DNA from: an uncultured bacterium
GTDB lineage: Bacteria > Omnitrophota > Gorgyraeia > Ghiorseimicrobiales > Ghiorseimicrobiaceae
Length of the DNA stretch: 64,000 nucleotides
Assembly: GCA_913009335.1 (NCBI GenBank)
Contig: CAJVXN010000001.1
Coordinates: 71,709 to 135,708, forward strand
Direction: 5' to 3'
This document shows, in pieces, positions 30,301 through 45,300 of this stretch; position 1 is the stretch's first letter; every line of letters starts with the position of its first letter. The notes under the pieces were generated by a model. It had not been told where the DNA came from. It worked only from the letters and a program-made list of their open reading frames with translations, and ran no database searches. The translations under genes were made by a program, and so were the position numbers.

Positions 30301-33300
30301 TCATTCGAAAATTACGACCGGATCTTCCAATCCTCCCATCTTGGTTTCCATTATTTGGCCCATAACATCAACACTGCTATTTATTGAATCCGCTTTTTCA
30401 CGTATTCTTCGCAGCGTAGGTGATTCTTCGATTGCTTCTTCCAATATCGTACTTAGATCATATCCTTCATCTCCGGCTAGGGTCCTCATCCTGTCAGAAA
30501 TATCGTTGATTGCCCGGGTTATAGTCGCGGAAGGTCCCTCCTTAGCCATAGCATCGGGAAGCGAATCTACGGATGCTTTAAGATTCTTTAAGGTAAGCGC
30601 GATATTAATGCTTTCGCCGCTGATTAAAACCGACTCAATTGCTTTTATCGCCTCTAACGCCTTTTTAGCTGCTGCTGCCGCCCGAGGAGCGGAAGCAGCA
30701 AGGCCGGCAACAGTAGTAATACTCATTGACTCTACCATTCCCGCGCCGGTAAGCAGGGTACTGCTCTCCTCCTCGATAATATTATAAGTGTAGGCTTTAC
30801 CGCCTGTAAACCTTGAATCTGCTTTCAATGAATATTCATAGAATCCCGCTCTGGTGCTACTCTCAACCATAACCAGGGAATCTTCAATAATATTCCCTTC
30901 CCAGTCGTAAATCGTAAGCAGCGGTACCACTTTAGGCAAGCCCATGCACTGTATGATTATAGTATCCCCGAGCAATACCGGATCAGGAAACGCGGCAGTA
31001 GTCCATTCATATTTCGCGACTAATCCTGAACCATAAACTAAACCGCCGGTAACCGACTCGGTAATAACGAAGGAGTAAGACTTACCCGCTTCGAAAGCAT
31101 CATCAGCCTTAAATTCATAAGTATAAATTCCCGGCTCACTCTCGGACATAACCACGTCACTAAAGACTGTCTTGCTATCGGCATCATAGATAGTAAGCGC
31201 AGGAGAATATCCCGGCTGTCCCTGGCAGGTTATGGTTATCGTATCATTAGTCAATGCCGGATCAGGAGAAGCTGATGCACCCCAAGAATACTTCAACGCT
31301 GTTTCTTCCAATAGGCCCGCTGCTTCTTCCGCGGTCACGGCACTATCTTCTAAAAGTATAAGCGAAGCGCTCACAGAAGTTTCAAAGCTTGTCATCGCGA
31401 CATCAATCATTGTTTCCATATTCCCCATCGAAGTCTGTATCATATCTGTCTGATCGGTCATCTTTTGGTCAATAACCGCGGTCTGCGCAGTTAATGTCGC
31501 CTGCAATTCGGTGCTGACCTCAGATATCGGCTTATCAAGGGCAGTATTAACAGTGGAAATCATGCTGTCAACCGTTGTCTCCATATCCGCCATCTTCATG
31601 GGTATAGTAACTGTAAATGATACAGGTGTTGTAAACGTCGCTCCGGTAGCTAACCCCATATAACTTGTTACGGCATATACTTTCCCTGATTGCAAGGTAA
31701 GATAACTATCCGCTCCGGCGGTATAAGGAGTCGGGGTCCAGGATTGTTGGAAGAAACCCGCGAAATCAGACGGGATATCCATCTCTCCTGTCTTATACGC
31801 CGCGCAATCATTTATCACATCATCCATAGTACGCACCTCTCCCGAACGGTCACCTACCCATAATTTCACGCCGGCATCAACATCATCATAATAGAGATGT
31901 TTGTTGTTAGCCTCGTCCACTAATGTTGTTTTCCTCTTGATTTTGTAAATGCTGTCATATATACTCACATCGATAATCAAAGCGCCGGAAACCAAAGCGC
32001 CGTCTCTTTCCAGCCAGGTTGTGATATCCAACTTATCAGGTGTCTCTACATAATCATCATCAGGATCTGCTGGAGTGCCATTGTCATTCCATACTTCCAC
32101 ATTATAAGCGAATTCTGAATAAGCGCGCCAGATATGCACGACCAACGTCTCCATGGTTCTGTATATCGTACGGTCTCCTCTCCAGATTTGCGCATCCTCA
32201 TCCCAACCCACCAGGTATGACTCGGTAATTGTCCCAAAATCCTGATGGGTCCATGTTGCCGACCAGAAACCAGCGGGAACTTCGTGCGATACCGGAGAAG
32301 CAAGGCCGGCAGCATCCCAACCGGATGTATCGCTTACCGTCAATCCGGAAATCGGCTGGTTAGTAACAAGATCCCGTATATCCCAGATAATCTTATAATA
32401 ATCTATCTTCATCGTATCCACACCGCCGGCTACTACCGGCCCCTCTACGTATACGGTATGGTCATTACTGTCATAGATGCGTATCTTAACCGTGGTGGAG
32501 CGGTCATCAGGTATCTTCCAATCGAATGTACCTGTGTTGGCGATACCGGTCGCATCCTGGTCAAGATCATCCTTCAGCGCAATCTCAGTAACAAAATCAT
32601 CCTTTGAATAAACAAGATCTACCGTATTAATCGTTCCGAATGTCGTCCAGGAAACTTCACGGACTTCATTTGTGACCCAGCGGGACTCATAAATTCCGCT
32701 GCTATTCAATGTTACTGCCGGAGCAATAAGGGTAAAAGCGCCCTGAATCTTAAATGTGCCGGACTCGCCAAAAACAGTCGCATCTCCCGGATCAGTAATT
32801 CTTATTTTACAATCAGGCGAGATAGTATCCGGTATAGTCCAGGCATACGTATATTCCGAACCCGACCCGCCTGAACCCGCGCCGTTTTGAACTATACCGT
32901 CATTGGCGATATCGTAACTTTCAACAATCGGATTAAACGGGCCTGTATCCCCATTTGTGGAATAGGTTATCTTGACTTCAGACATTGTTCCTCCCCATTC
33001 CCAGGCAATATCATAAACACTATCAACTGCCAACTCCGTAACGAGCTGACCGCTACCCTGCTCTTTAATGCCGTTTACTATAATATACCCAATGATATGG
33101 AAGGAATCACTCTGGGCAACAACGTCTGACTCGGTAGGCCTGGCATCAACTACTTTAATAATCGCATCGGCTGTTGCCTGATCAGGAACTGTCCAGGTAT
33201 AAGTATAGTTTGAACCTGCCCCGCCTGAGCCTGAGCCGTTAGCTACTATACCGTCATCAGCGATATTATAACTTTCAAGGATTAGATTAAACGGACCGCC

Positions 33301-36300
33301 GGTACCATTTATAGAATAAGTTATCTCAACCTCGGGAATAGTGCCTACCCATCCCCATTCTATGTCATAATCCTGTTCTATATCCCAAGAATCATCTAAA
33401 ACAGGCGCGTTAATCCAGAGATTTCCTTTAATTCTTAAATCATTGGATATACTATAGGCATCATCATCGGTTGAACTCTTAACGCGTACCTTTACTATCT
33501 GAGAAATATCATCGGGTATAGTCCAATCATAGGTCCCGCCAGCTGCGCCATTTGCCCAGCCTAATTGTATATCCTTAGGTGTTGTAAAATCATCCAGTGA
33601 ATAATGCAGGTCTACATTACTTACCGTACCGACCGTATCCCAGGCAATCTGGAATGTATCGCCGACAACTAACTCTTCACCCCCGGTAGGGGCGGTTAAG
33701 GTAAATTTCGCACGTATCTTAGCCATACCGGCAGATTCACCATACGCATCAGCATCGTTTGCGGCAGCTACCTTGACTTTCAACTGAGCTGTAATCTCAT
33801 CAGGAACAGACAGCCAAGTCCAAGATAAATCACTTGCTGAAACAGACGTAAGAGCATTCCAGGTTCCGGCTATACCGCCGACAGTAGAATAGTAGATACC
33901 CACATCAACAACTGTTCCCGTATAAGTCCAGCTAATCGTTGCCGGATCATTTACATACCATTTAGAACTAGCATCAGGTGATGAAACGGTAAATCCCGGC
34001 ATAATCTTAAATGTGCTGTCTGAAATATCAAATGCATCCGTATCATTAGGATCCTCAACACGCATAATTAAATCACTATGGATGAAATCCGGTATAGTCC
34101 AGGCGTATGTTCCGCCAACAGGAGCAGCCGTAGCAATAGTATATTTAATCGCCGGCTGAGTCTGCTTATAACAGTAAATCTTCACTCCTTGGGTATCACC
34201 CAATTCCGACCAGGAAATTGTATACGGATCATCAACAGTTATCTTTTGTCCGCCGTTAGGTGCGGTTAAAATCAAAGTAGCTCGCACGCGGAAATCACCG
34301 TCGGATATATCGTATACGTCGCTATCAGACGGATGCGCAACACGAATTCTCACATTTCCTGAAACAGCCTCAGGAGGTATATTTAACCAATCGAATGCCT
34401 CGTCACTAGCAGTTGAAGTCGTAATCGGTATAGGATTAGTAAACGTTGGGTCATTAACAGAATAATCGATTTTCACGGAACCAAAGGAAGCTGGGCCGTA
34501 TTTTGCCCAATTAATAGTTCCGGAACTTCCGGAATACCACACTTCGGCTCCATTAGGATTCTGAATAACAATCCTACTCATTATCTTGAAAGGATTCGCT
34601 GATATATCATAAACATTCGCCAGATCGGCAGTCGAGCGTACTCGAATCAATGCCTGATCCGTAGCAATGGAAGGTATGTTCCATTCATACTCACCGATAT
34701 TGGTAATTCCCTGAGCCGCGGCAATAGCAACCCAGATTGAACCATTGTAATAATGAATATCGACGTTGGTAATATTTCCGTCCCAATCCCAGTCTATATA
34801 TTTATTATCGGCACAACCCCATTTTTCACCGCCGTTAGGTATATTAAGCGTAATCCTACCCTGAATTTTAAAGTCGTTATCAGACATATCAAAAGAATCT
34901 GTGTCATCGTTGTAATCAGAAACACGGACTCTGCAAGTTGCCGAAATTGTCGGCGGAATTGTCCAATCGTAATTTCCGTCATTTATCTCATCGGTTACAA
35001 TCGGAGTCCAAGTATCATAAGGAGCGACTGTTGCGTATTTAAGATTAACTGAACTTGCCAAGCCTTGAGACGTCCAGGTAATCGTCTCTACATCGCTGAC
35101 TACCCACTGCTCAGTACCATTTGGCACTGTAACATTAAAATTCTCCATTATCTTAAACGCAAGATCAGAAAAATCTTCTACCAAACTATCCTGCGTATCG
35201 CGGATACGTATAAAACAATTATTCGATAATGTGCTCATAGGCACTGACCAGGCGTACTCTAAGAGTGACGCTTGTTGGTTAGTAGCAAAAGTAGTGTAAG
35301 TTCCACCCGAACCATTTGTTGAAAGCGCAATATCTACCCCGGAAAGCGGGCCGATCATCGTCCATTTAACCTTAGATGATTCGTCACTCTGCCCAACTTT
35401 CAACTTATCCTGACCGTTAGGTTGAGCTACGGTTAATGCGCCGTGAATATTAAAATTATCGGATGTAGTTGTAGCATCAGGGTCGGCTGTATCTGTAACC
35501 CTTACCAATGCCTGCTGAGATATAACATTAGGAATAGTCCAGTTATAATTCTCCGTAGCATTAGATATCGCTGAACCGTCATTTACATAACCCCACACTC
35601 CGCCATTATTAAGCGAATATTCCACATAGACACTACTAATAGCACCAAGGGTATTCCATGATATCATGTTCGTACTATTCGCAAGCCATCTATCAGTGCT
35701 TACAGGATGTACAAACGTAAATCCGCCGCGCATGCTAAACTCATTTGATTCATCGTATACATTCGCATCCGCTAAATTGATTATTTTAATAACAGTCTGA
35801 ATACTGGTATCTAAAGGTATGGTCCAGGTTTGAGTATAATCTCCCGGGCCTACAGCTACAGAACCGGCAATAGGCGCATACGGATAAGTTACCCCAGCAT
35901 CAGTTGAATATTCTATGCTGACATTTGCGATGGAACCGTGAATTGTATAAGCGATATCATGCTGAGTTTCGCATAACCAAATATCATTTAACGCAGGGCT
36001 TGTAATAGTAATAGATCCTTGAATTTCAAAATTTGCCGGTGATTCATCAGGCTGCGTACTTGAAGAGGCGTTTGCGTCTTCAATACGTACTCGCAGTTTA
36101 TCGCCGATTACATCCGGAACCGGCCAACTATAACTTCCATCAACTGCCGGACGAGTAGCAATCGTATTAGGATAACCATTCAAACCCTCGTTGGTATCAT
36201 ATTTTAATACGACATTAACAATATCACCGAATTTTTCCCAGGTAATCGGTTCACTGTTATCTACTATCCATACCTCTGTTCCCATCGGCGATAACAAATT

Positions 36301-39300
36301 AATATCCGCGGCTATCTTAAATACATTGGAGGTATGGGTTACGGTATTATCTAAATTATCCGTAATCTTTACCGTGACATTATCCCCTATTGTATTAGGT
36401 ATTGTCCATTGGTAAATCTGATTAGACGCATTTACACTTGCCGTAATCGGATTAAGCCCTGATCCATAATCATATTCTAATCTCACAGTGGCAATAGAAC
36501 CGGTAGTTATCCAGGTAATATCTTTTTGCTGGGCAACATCCCAAACCACTCCGCTAGCAGGATTAGTAATCTGTAATTTACCTTTAATAGAGAATAACCC
36601 TGAAACACCTACTATAGTCGGTTCGGTAATGTCGGTATTACTTACTCTTACCTTTACCTGGTTGTCGATATCGTCGGGAATAATCCAGTCATAGGTTAAA
36701 CCGCTTAAATTATCGGCATCCTGAACCGGTTGATAGGCAGCGCCGCCTACGGAGTATTCTAATTTTACCGTGGGAATCGTCCCTGTCTTTGTCCAGGATA
36801 TTGTCTCCTGATCCTGCACATACCAGACCTCACTTCCTACCGGTGCGCTAAGAGTTAATTGACCCGTAATCGTAAAGTCGTTATCAGACTCATCATAGAC
36901 CGTGGAATCGTCCTTATTGGTAATTTTTACTTTTACCAGCGAAGAAGCATCGTTAGGGATTGTCCAATCAAAGCTCCCGCCTCCGCCGCCGGTATCCGCG
37001 GTTAAATTATCCGCACCCGGAATCTGAACGTATGCCTGTCCGTCTACGGAGTATTCTAATTTCACCGTAGCAACCGAACCTGTAACCGTCCAGGTTATAG
37101 GTTCGCTTGCTCCGATAAGCCATGATTCTGCGCCGCTGTTAGGCGAGGTAACCTGCAGGTCACCGCGGATCTTGAAGTTGCTCGCGGACATATTAGACGC
37201 ATCGGAGTCATTAACATCCGAAACTCTCACTCTTACTAAATCTGATATAGCGTCGGGTATTGTCCATGATTTAGAACCCGTATTTACAATGGAAGCTGAA
37301 ATAACATCCCCATTAGGAATCACCCAGTTATTTCCGCCATCGGTTGAATATTCTAATTTAACATTTGTTACATCTCCGCTGGTTGTCCAGATAATGTCAT
37401 GGCTTGAACCAACAGCCCAGACAACGCCGCCGTCAGGAGAAATAATATCAAATATCGCCTGTACTTTAAAAGCTAAAGAATCGTCATAAACCTGGATATC
37501 GCTATCATCAGTAACCCTTACGACCACATTCGGTGAAACTGCATTATCAGCAATACTCATCCACCAGTAAAACAGATTATCTGTGGCTGTTGAGCTTACA
37601 ATCTGATCATTAAAGTCCGTTCCGCCGTTTAACGAATATTCTATTCTTACGTTAGCAAAATCACCGACCTTTGTCCATTCTACCTTAAAATCACTGCCAA
37701 CCGGTAGTTGCTCGCCGCCGCTTGGTTCAGTAACCGTTATATCACCCACGATAGAAAATGCGGGCGAGGTGCCATAAACATTAGTCTCATCATTTAAATC
37801 AGCTACTCTAATCAAATAAGTATCGCTTACGTGATTAGGTATATTGTTCCAAGTATAAGACTCATCACTCCCCGTAACGGATGCCGCGATAACATTATCA
37901 AATGCTCCCGCGTCTACAGAATAAGTAATTTTAACATCTTGAATACTACCCGTAAGATTCCAGGTTATATTATGGCCGCTCGATTGAGCAATCCATCTCT
38001 CTGTTCCGTCGGGAGCTATTACCTGTATTTTACCTTTTATAGAAAACACACCATCTGACTCGTCATTAACTGTGGCGTCATTAGTATCGGATACTCGAAT
38101 CAAACAAAGTTCGCTTATGGCATCGGCAACAGACGGCCAGGTATATTCACCCGCTCCGGGACCGGCAAAAGCATCAGCTATTATCTCTGTCCATGCCCCT
38201 CCATTATTCTTAGAGTATTCAATTCTTACTGTAGTTACCGAACCTGTTGCCTGCCATCTAATCTTTTTATTTGTATCTGCCACATACCAGGTATCTCCGC
38301 CATTAGGTTCGTTTAAAGTAAGGCTGCCTTTAATTACGAAAGGCACCGAAGAAACATCAACAACATCGCTATCATTTACATCAGATATCCTGACTTTAAG
38401 GCTCCCTCCTATTTCATCAGGAATAGTCCAATCATATGTTCCTTGTACGCCTGAAGCAGAGTTAGAATAAGAAGCCGCTTCAACAGTAATCTCTAACTCA
38501 TCAGCAAATCCATTAGTAGAATATTCAATCTTAACATAGCTAAATGTACCCGTTGGCGTCCATTTAATCTGTTGCGGATCACCAACATACCATGTCGGCG
38601 CGTCGATATCCGGAGAATCCAGCTGAATTTTTCCTTCTATCTCAAAAGCATCAGAATTATCTGTAACCTCTGTGTTATCAACATCTGTAATCTTTATTAC
38701 TGCTGCCTTACTATTAGTGGTTATATCACCTATGCCGGGAAACCACAACGTATACGGGCTAGAATCAAAAGCGACTGTAGCCACAATTGTCCATGGCGCG
38801 GATCCAATTTTCGAAAATTCTATATCTACATTACCCATATCTGCCAAACCTAAAGTCGTCCATTCTATATTAAAAGCATCAAGGACTTTTAAAATATTAT
38901 TAGTATCCGGTTTCGTAACGGTAATACCACTCTTCATCATAAAATCGGCAGACTCATCATAGGCAACCGCTAATGTAGAATCAGATACTTTAATCTTTGC
39001 CTGATCTGCGGTTAAAATATCCAGATTAGTAGGAATTGTCCAATCGTAAGGAGTTGATGCCGCAGGCAAAGAAGGTTCTACAACAAAGGCTCCGGGATAA
39101 CTCAATCCTCCATCCTTAGAGTACTCAATCTTAACGGTATCTACAACACCTGTAATGTTCCAGGATATGATATTACCTGAAGTACCTATAACCCATTTAT
39201 CACTAGAAACAGGAGAAGTAACGCTGATTACCGCGCGCACTTCAAAACTATTTGATGTATCTATTGCGCTGGCATTATCAGGATCTGTAATCCGGAATTG

Positions 39301-42300
39301 ACAAGCAATAGACTTAACATCAGTCGGTACGCTCCAAGAATAAGAACCGGAGTTTGTTACTAAGCCGTTATCGGTTGTCTTGTAGTCGATATTATGCCAG
39401 ATTAAGCCGTCAAAAAATTCCAATTTTGCTGTTGGAATCTCACCCTGCAGACCCAGCGGATCCCAGGTAATGCTATAAGAAGATCCCGCGGAAAGTGTAG
39501 CAGGAACTGCATCTAAAGAGAAATTTCCAATAATATTGTAGGCGGCAGATACCCCTGCTACCTCATCTACGGTTGCCTCTGTATCTTCATCAACTATCTT
39601 TATAGTAGTATTTTCTTCTATTTGCGCTGCCACTGTCCAGTCATATGATGAAGGCGCATGAGGAACTGTAGCTATCCATTCATACGCGCCATCATGATAA
39701 TAGTAGATTTTTACATTTCCTAGTGTTCCATCAGGATCCCAGGTAATCGTCCTTAATTCGCCTACGCCCCAGTTTTCTCCGATGGCCGGCGTAGTAACTC
39801 TTATTTTACCTATGATATCAAAACTAGCGGATGCGCCGTAGACATTGGAATTAGTTGTATCTATTACGCGCACTACGGCATTATCGCTAATAGTATCAGG
39901 GATGCTGTTCCAGGTAAATGCGCCGGCTGTTGCATCTACTGAACCTGTTTCATCGATTACATTTGTAAATGGCCCGCCGTCAACACTATAATATAAATTA
40001 ACATAACTAACCTTGGCGGAACCATTTAAACTCCAAACAATAGCATTGCCGTTTGACGCAACTTCAATATTACTATCTAATGCGGGAGTTGTAACTGTAA
40101 TAACCGGTCTCATGGAGAATGAAGCCGCGGATTCACTATACACATCAGCAGGATGGACAACATCGGATATCTTTATGTAGCAGTCTTCTGAATTCTCATC
40201 GGCAACTGTCCAGGCATATGAATTACCGCCTTGTACATGCCCCGGATCATCAGTGACTATAACATTATAGGCTCCTGCGGCCGATGTCTTATATTCTATT
40301 TTTACATTGCTTACATCGCCAACCGCACTCCAGGTAATATTCTTGCTTTCGTTATATTTCCACACTTCACCGCTTTCCGGCACTGAAACATCCAATGAAC
40401 CGACTACCTTTACGTCAAAGCCGGACACATCATTGACATCGTCATCATTATCATCTCTTACTCTTACCTTTACCGTATCGCTGATATCATTAGGTATGGT
40501 CCAGGAGTATGTTCCCTGCACGCCGCTTGCTGAATTAGTAACGGTTGCAACAGGCTGGAAATCGGCTGCAAAATTATCTTTAGAATATTGTATCTCAACC
40601 GGTGTATATGTACCTGTGGGCGTCCATTTGATATCATGGGGAGTGTTAACCGTCCACATTAAACCTGATGTATCAGGGGCATCGATTTGTATCTTACCTT
40701 CTATCTCGAATAAATCGGACTCATCTCTTACGCCCGTAGGATAATAATCAGCTTTTACCTCTATGACCGCGTTCTTTAAGTCAGAGGTAATAGCCGAGTC
40801 GGGAGGCGTCCATGAATATGTACCGGCAGGCACGCCAAAATCGTAAGGCACGGTATCTATATTTGTAAACGGAGCTCCTCCTGTTATGGAATAACCGATA
40901 GTAACATTACCCATACCATAACCTATAGCGTTCCATTGAATATCGAAGGCATCCCCCACATGAAGGATATCGCTAGTCACCGGGGCATTAACCGTAATAA
41001 ATCCGATTACGGAAAATTCCGGACTTTCACCGTTAGCGGCAGCATAGGACGCATCAGCTACTCTTATTACACCTTGCGTGCTTAATATATCTTTATCCGA
41101 AGGAACGGTCCACGAATAAGGGCTCTGGTCATACGGCCGACTCGCCACAAGCTCCTCTGTGTAATTAGTGCCGCCGTCTTTAGAGTATTCAATCTTTACA
41201 TTCGTGACTATACCCGTAACGGTCCATGTTATATCATAGGCAGCACCTACGGCCCATTCATCGGTAACTATAGGGCCGGTTACGTCTATCTTTGCCCTTA
41301 CTTCAAAGTTTTGATCTGAATCATCTGCAGCAGACGCGTTATCCGGATCGCTGATTCGGATAAAACAGGCTTGCGAAGCAACATTACTCGGTGCGGTCCA
41401 TCCGTAAGTTCCGGTATTAGAAGCAGCCGCATCTATGGTCGACCAATTCTGTTTATTATCGCTGGAAAATTCAATTAAAACAGTCGGGATATCAGTACCG
41501 GTTCTATTCCAGGTAATATCATAACCTGTTCCGGAGATGAGAACATCAGTTGAAAGATTAGGGAACGTAATCGTAAATCCGCCCCTGATGGTAAACACTT
41601 CAGACTCGTCAACTACCTCTGTCTCGTTGTCCGCGTCTGTTATCTTCACCTTAACTGTCTCGGATACATTATCCGGTATGGGATTCCAGCTATATGCCTG
41701 ATCGGTTACGGGAACAGACGCGATAGGCGCTCCATAACCTAAACCATAATCATAATAGATATTTACTGTTCCGATGGAGCCGGTATAAATCCAGGTAATA
41801 TTCTTATCGGTTGTGCCTACTTCCCAGTTAGCGGAAGAATTAGGCTGCTGTACGGTAACGCTTCCGATGATATCAAAACTGGCGCTCTCGCCGAAGACGT
41901 TGTTGTTTACAGAATCCATTACTCTGACTTTTACGTTGTCGCTGACAGCATCCGGCACATTATCCCAATTGGTAGTTAGATCACTTGCTGTAACACCTAT
42001 GGCAATAGTATTGCCGGTATACGCGCCGCCGTCTACCGAGTAATGCACATCGACAGGATTGACTTTAATTGAACTATCGATAGTCCAGTTGATTGCGTTA
42101 CCGCTTGATGAGACTATTAGATTATCATCAAGCGCGGGTGTAGTTACGGTAATTACCGGCCTTATGGAGAATGCCGCGGCTGATACGCTTTGCACGTCAA
42201 CAGGATGGGCAACATCGGATATCTTTATGTAGCAATCTTCTGAATTCTCATCGGCAACTGATGTCCAGCTATAAGAGTTACCGCCCGCTAAATGGCCGGA

Positions 42301-45300
42301 GTCATCGGCAATAATGGTAGTGTATCCTCCCGCGGCAGATGTCTTATATTCTATGCTTATATTGGTTACATCACCGGTCGCGGTCCAGATAATATCTTTG
42401 GTCTCGCCCTTCTTCCAGACTTCTCCTGATTCAGGCACTGTTAAGTCTAGAGAACCGACGATCTTGATATCAAAGCCGGATACCTCATTGACATCGTCAT
42501 CATCATCATCTCTTACTCTTACTCTGATCGTATCGCTGATATCATTAGGTATGGTCCAGGAGTATGTTCCCTGCACGCCGCTTGCGCTATTGGTTACTGT
42601 ATTAACAGGTTGGAAATCGGCTGCAAAATTATCTTTTGAGTATTGTATCTCAACCTTGGCATATGTTCCTGTAGGAGTCCATTTGATATCCTGGGATGAG
42701 TTAACCGTCCACATCAATCCGCCTGTATCCGGAGCGTCGATTTGTATCTTACCTTCTATCTCGAAGAGATCGGATTCATCGCGGACCTTCAACGGGTTAT
42801 TTTCGTATTTCATTTCAATAACCGCTAATTTTTGATTGGCGGTTATAGCATCTATAGGCGGAGTCCAGGGATATGCGCGGTTATTATAATCATAAGGCAC
42901 GGTATCTATATTTGTAAACGGTGCACCCCCTGTTGTTGAATATCCGATAATTATATTACCCGCACCGACAGAGGTCCATTCGATATCAAATGTATCTCCT
43001 ACGCGCAAAACATCAGTACCTACAGGAGCAGTAACTTGAACATCACCAATTATAGAAAACTCCGGGCTCTCATCATATACAGTCGCATATGAAGTATCTG
43101 ATATCTTTATCATACCCTGGCTACTGATAACATCCTGGGTAGGCAATATTGTCCATGAATAAGGGGATAAACTTGCATCCCGCGATGCAACTAATGTTTC
43201 GGTATATGGCGCACCACCTGTTTTAGAATATTCTATTTTTACATCTGTGACTAAACCCGTAACCGTCCATTTGACATCATATGCACTGTTTACATTCCAC
43301 TCATCGGTACCTATAGGAGCATTTACCACAATCTTTGCCCTTACTTCAAAAGTACTACTTATAGTATCGGTTGCGGCAGAGTTATCCGGATCGGTAATCT
43401 TTAATAAACAGGTAGATGAAACAACATCAGAAGGAATTGTCCATCCGTAAGTTCCGGTATTAGAAACCAAGCCTGTACCTCCATCTATAGGATTCCAATT
43501 TTGACCATTATCACTGGAAAACTGAAGCAAAGCTGTTGCAATATCAACACCATTTGGCGTCCATGTTATAGTATACGGATCCCCGGAAATCAAAACCGCC
43601 GGAGGCTGAACCAATATAAATCCGCCTCTAATCTTAAATACATCAGATTCGTCAACTACCTCTGTCTCGTTGTCCGCGTCTGTTATCTTCACCTTAACTG
43701 TCTCGGATACATTATCCGGTATGGGATTCCAGCTATATGCCTGATCGGTTACGGGAACAGACGCGATAGGCGCTCCATAACCTAAACCATAATCATAATA
43801 GATATTTACTGTTCCGATGGAGCCGGTATAAATCCAGGTAATATTCTTATCGGTTGTGCCTACTTCCCAGTTAGCGGAAGAATTAGGCTGCTGTACGGTA
43901 ACGCTTCCGATGATATCAAAACTGGCGCTCTCGCCGAAGACGTTGTTGTTTACAGAATCCATTACTCTGACTTTTACGTTGTCGCTGACAGCATCCGGCA
44001 CATTATCCCAATTGGTAGTTAGATCACTTGCTGTAACACCTATGGCAATAGTATTGCCGGTATACGCGCCGCCGTCTACCGAGTAATGCACATCGACAGG
44101 ATTGACTTTAATTGAACTATCGATAGTCCAGTTGATTGCGTTACCGCTTGATGAGACTATTAGATTATCATCAAGCGCGGGTGTAGTTACGGTAATTACC
44201 GGCCTTATGGAGAATGCCGCGGCTGATACGCTTTGCACGTCAACAGGATGGGCAACATCGGATATCTTTATGTAGCAATCTTCTGAATTCTCATCGGCAA
44301 CTGATGTCCAGCTATAAGAGTTACCGCCCGCTAAATGGCCGGAGTCATCGGCAATAATCGTAGTGTATCCTCCCGCGGCAGATGTCTTATATTCTATGCT
44401 TATATTGGTTACATCACCGGTCGCGGTCCAGGTAATGTCTTTGGTCTCGCCCTTCTTCCAGACTTCTCCTGATTCAGGCACTGTTAGGTCTAATCCACCG
44501 ACTATCTTTACGTCAAAGCCGGATACATCATTGACATCATCATCATTATCATCTCTTACTCTTACCTTTACCGTATCGCTGATATCATTAGGTATGGTCC
44601 AGGAGTATGTTCCCTGCACGCCGCTTGCGCTATTGGTTACTGTATTAACAGGTTGGAAATCGGATGCAAAATTATCTTTAGAGTATTGTATCTCGATAGG
44701 GCCATATGTACCTGTGGGAGTCCATTTGATATCCCGGGAAGAATTAACCGTCCACATTAAACCTGATGTATCAGGCGCGTCGATTTGTATCTTACCTTCT
44801 ATCTCGAAGAGATCGGATTCATCTCTCACCTTTGTAGGATTATCCGCGTCTTTTATCTCGATGACCGCGTTCTTAAGATCAGTAGTTATGGAATCAATTG
44901 GCGGTGTCCAGGGATAAGAGCCTGAGCCGTAATCAAAGGCAACCGTATCTATGTTTGTAAACGGAGCTCCTCCTGTTATAGAATAGCCGATTACAACATT
45001 ACTTCCTACATCATAAAAACCTGTAGTTATCCAGGTGATATTAAACGGATCTGATACATGAAGGATATCGCTAGTTACGGGAGCACTTACAGCAATACCG
45101 CCTTTTACCATGAAGTTAGGAGATGTATCATAAACTACGGAATAAGAGGCGTCAGATACTTTTATCTTTGCCTGATCAGGTGTTCTTAAATCCTCTAGTG
45201 ATACATCAGTTACAGGTATGGCCCATGGATAAGGAGATAATGACGCGTCATATGAAGCAACCGCGGTTAACGGATATCCCGTACCGCCGTCTTTAGAGTA

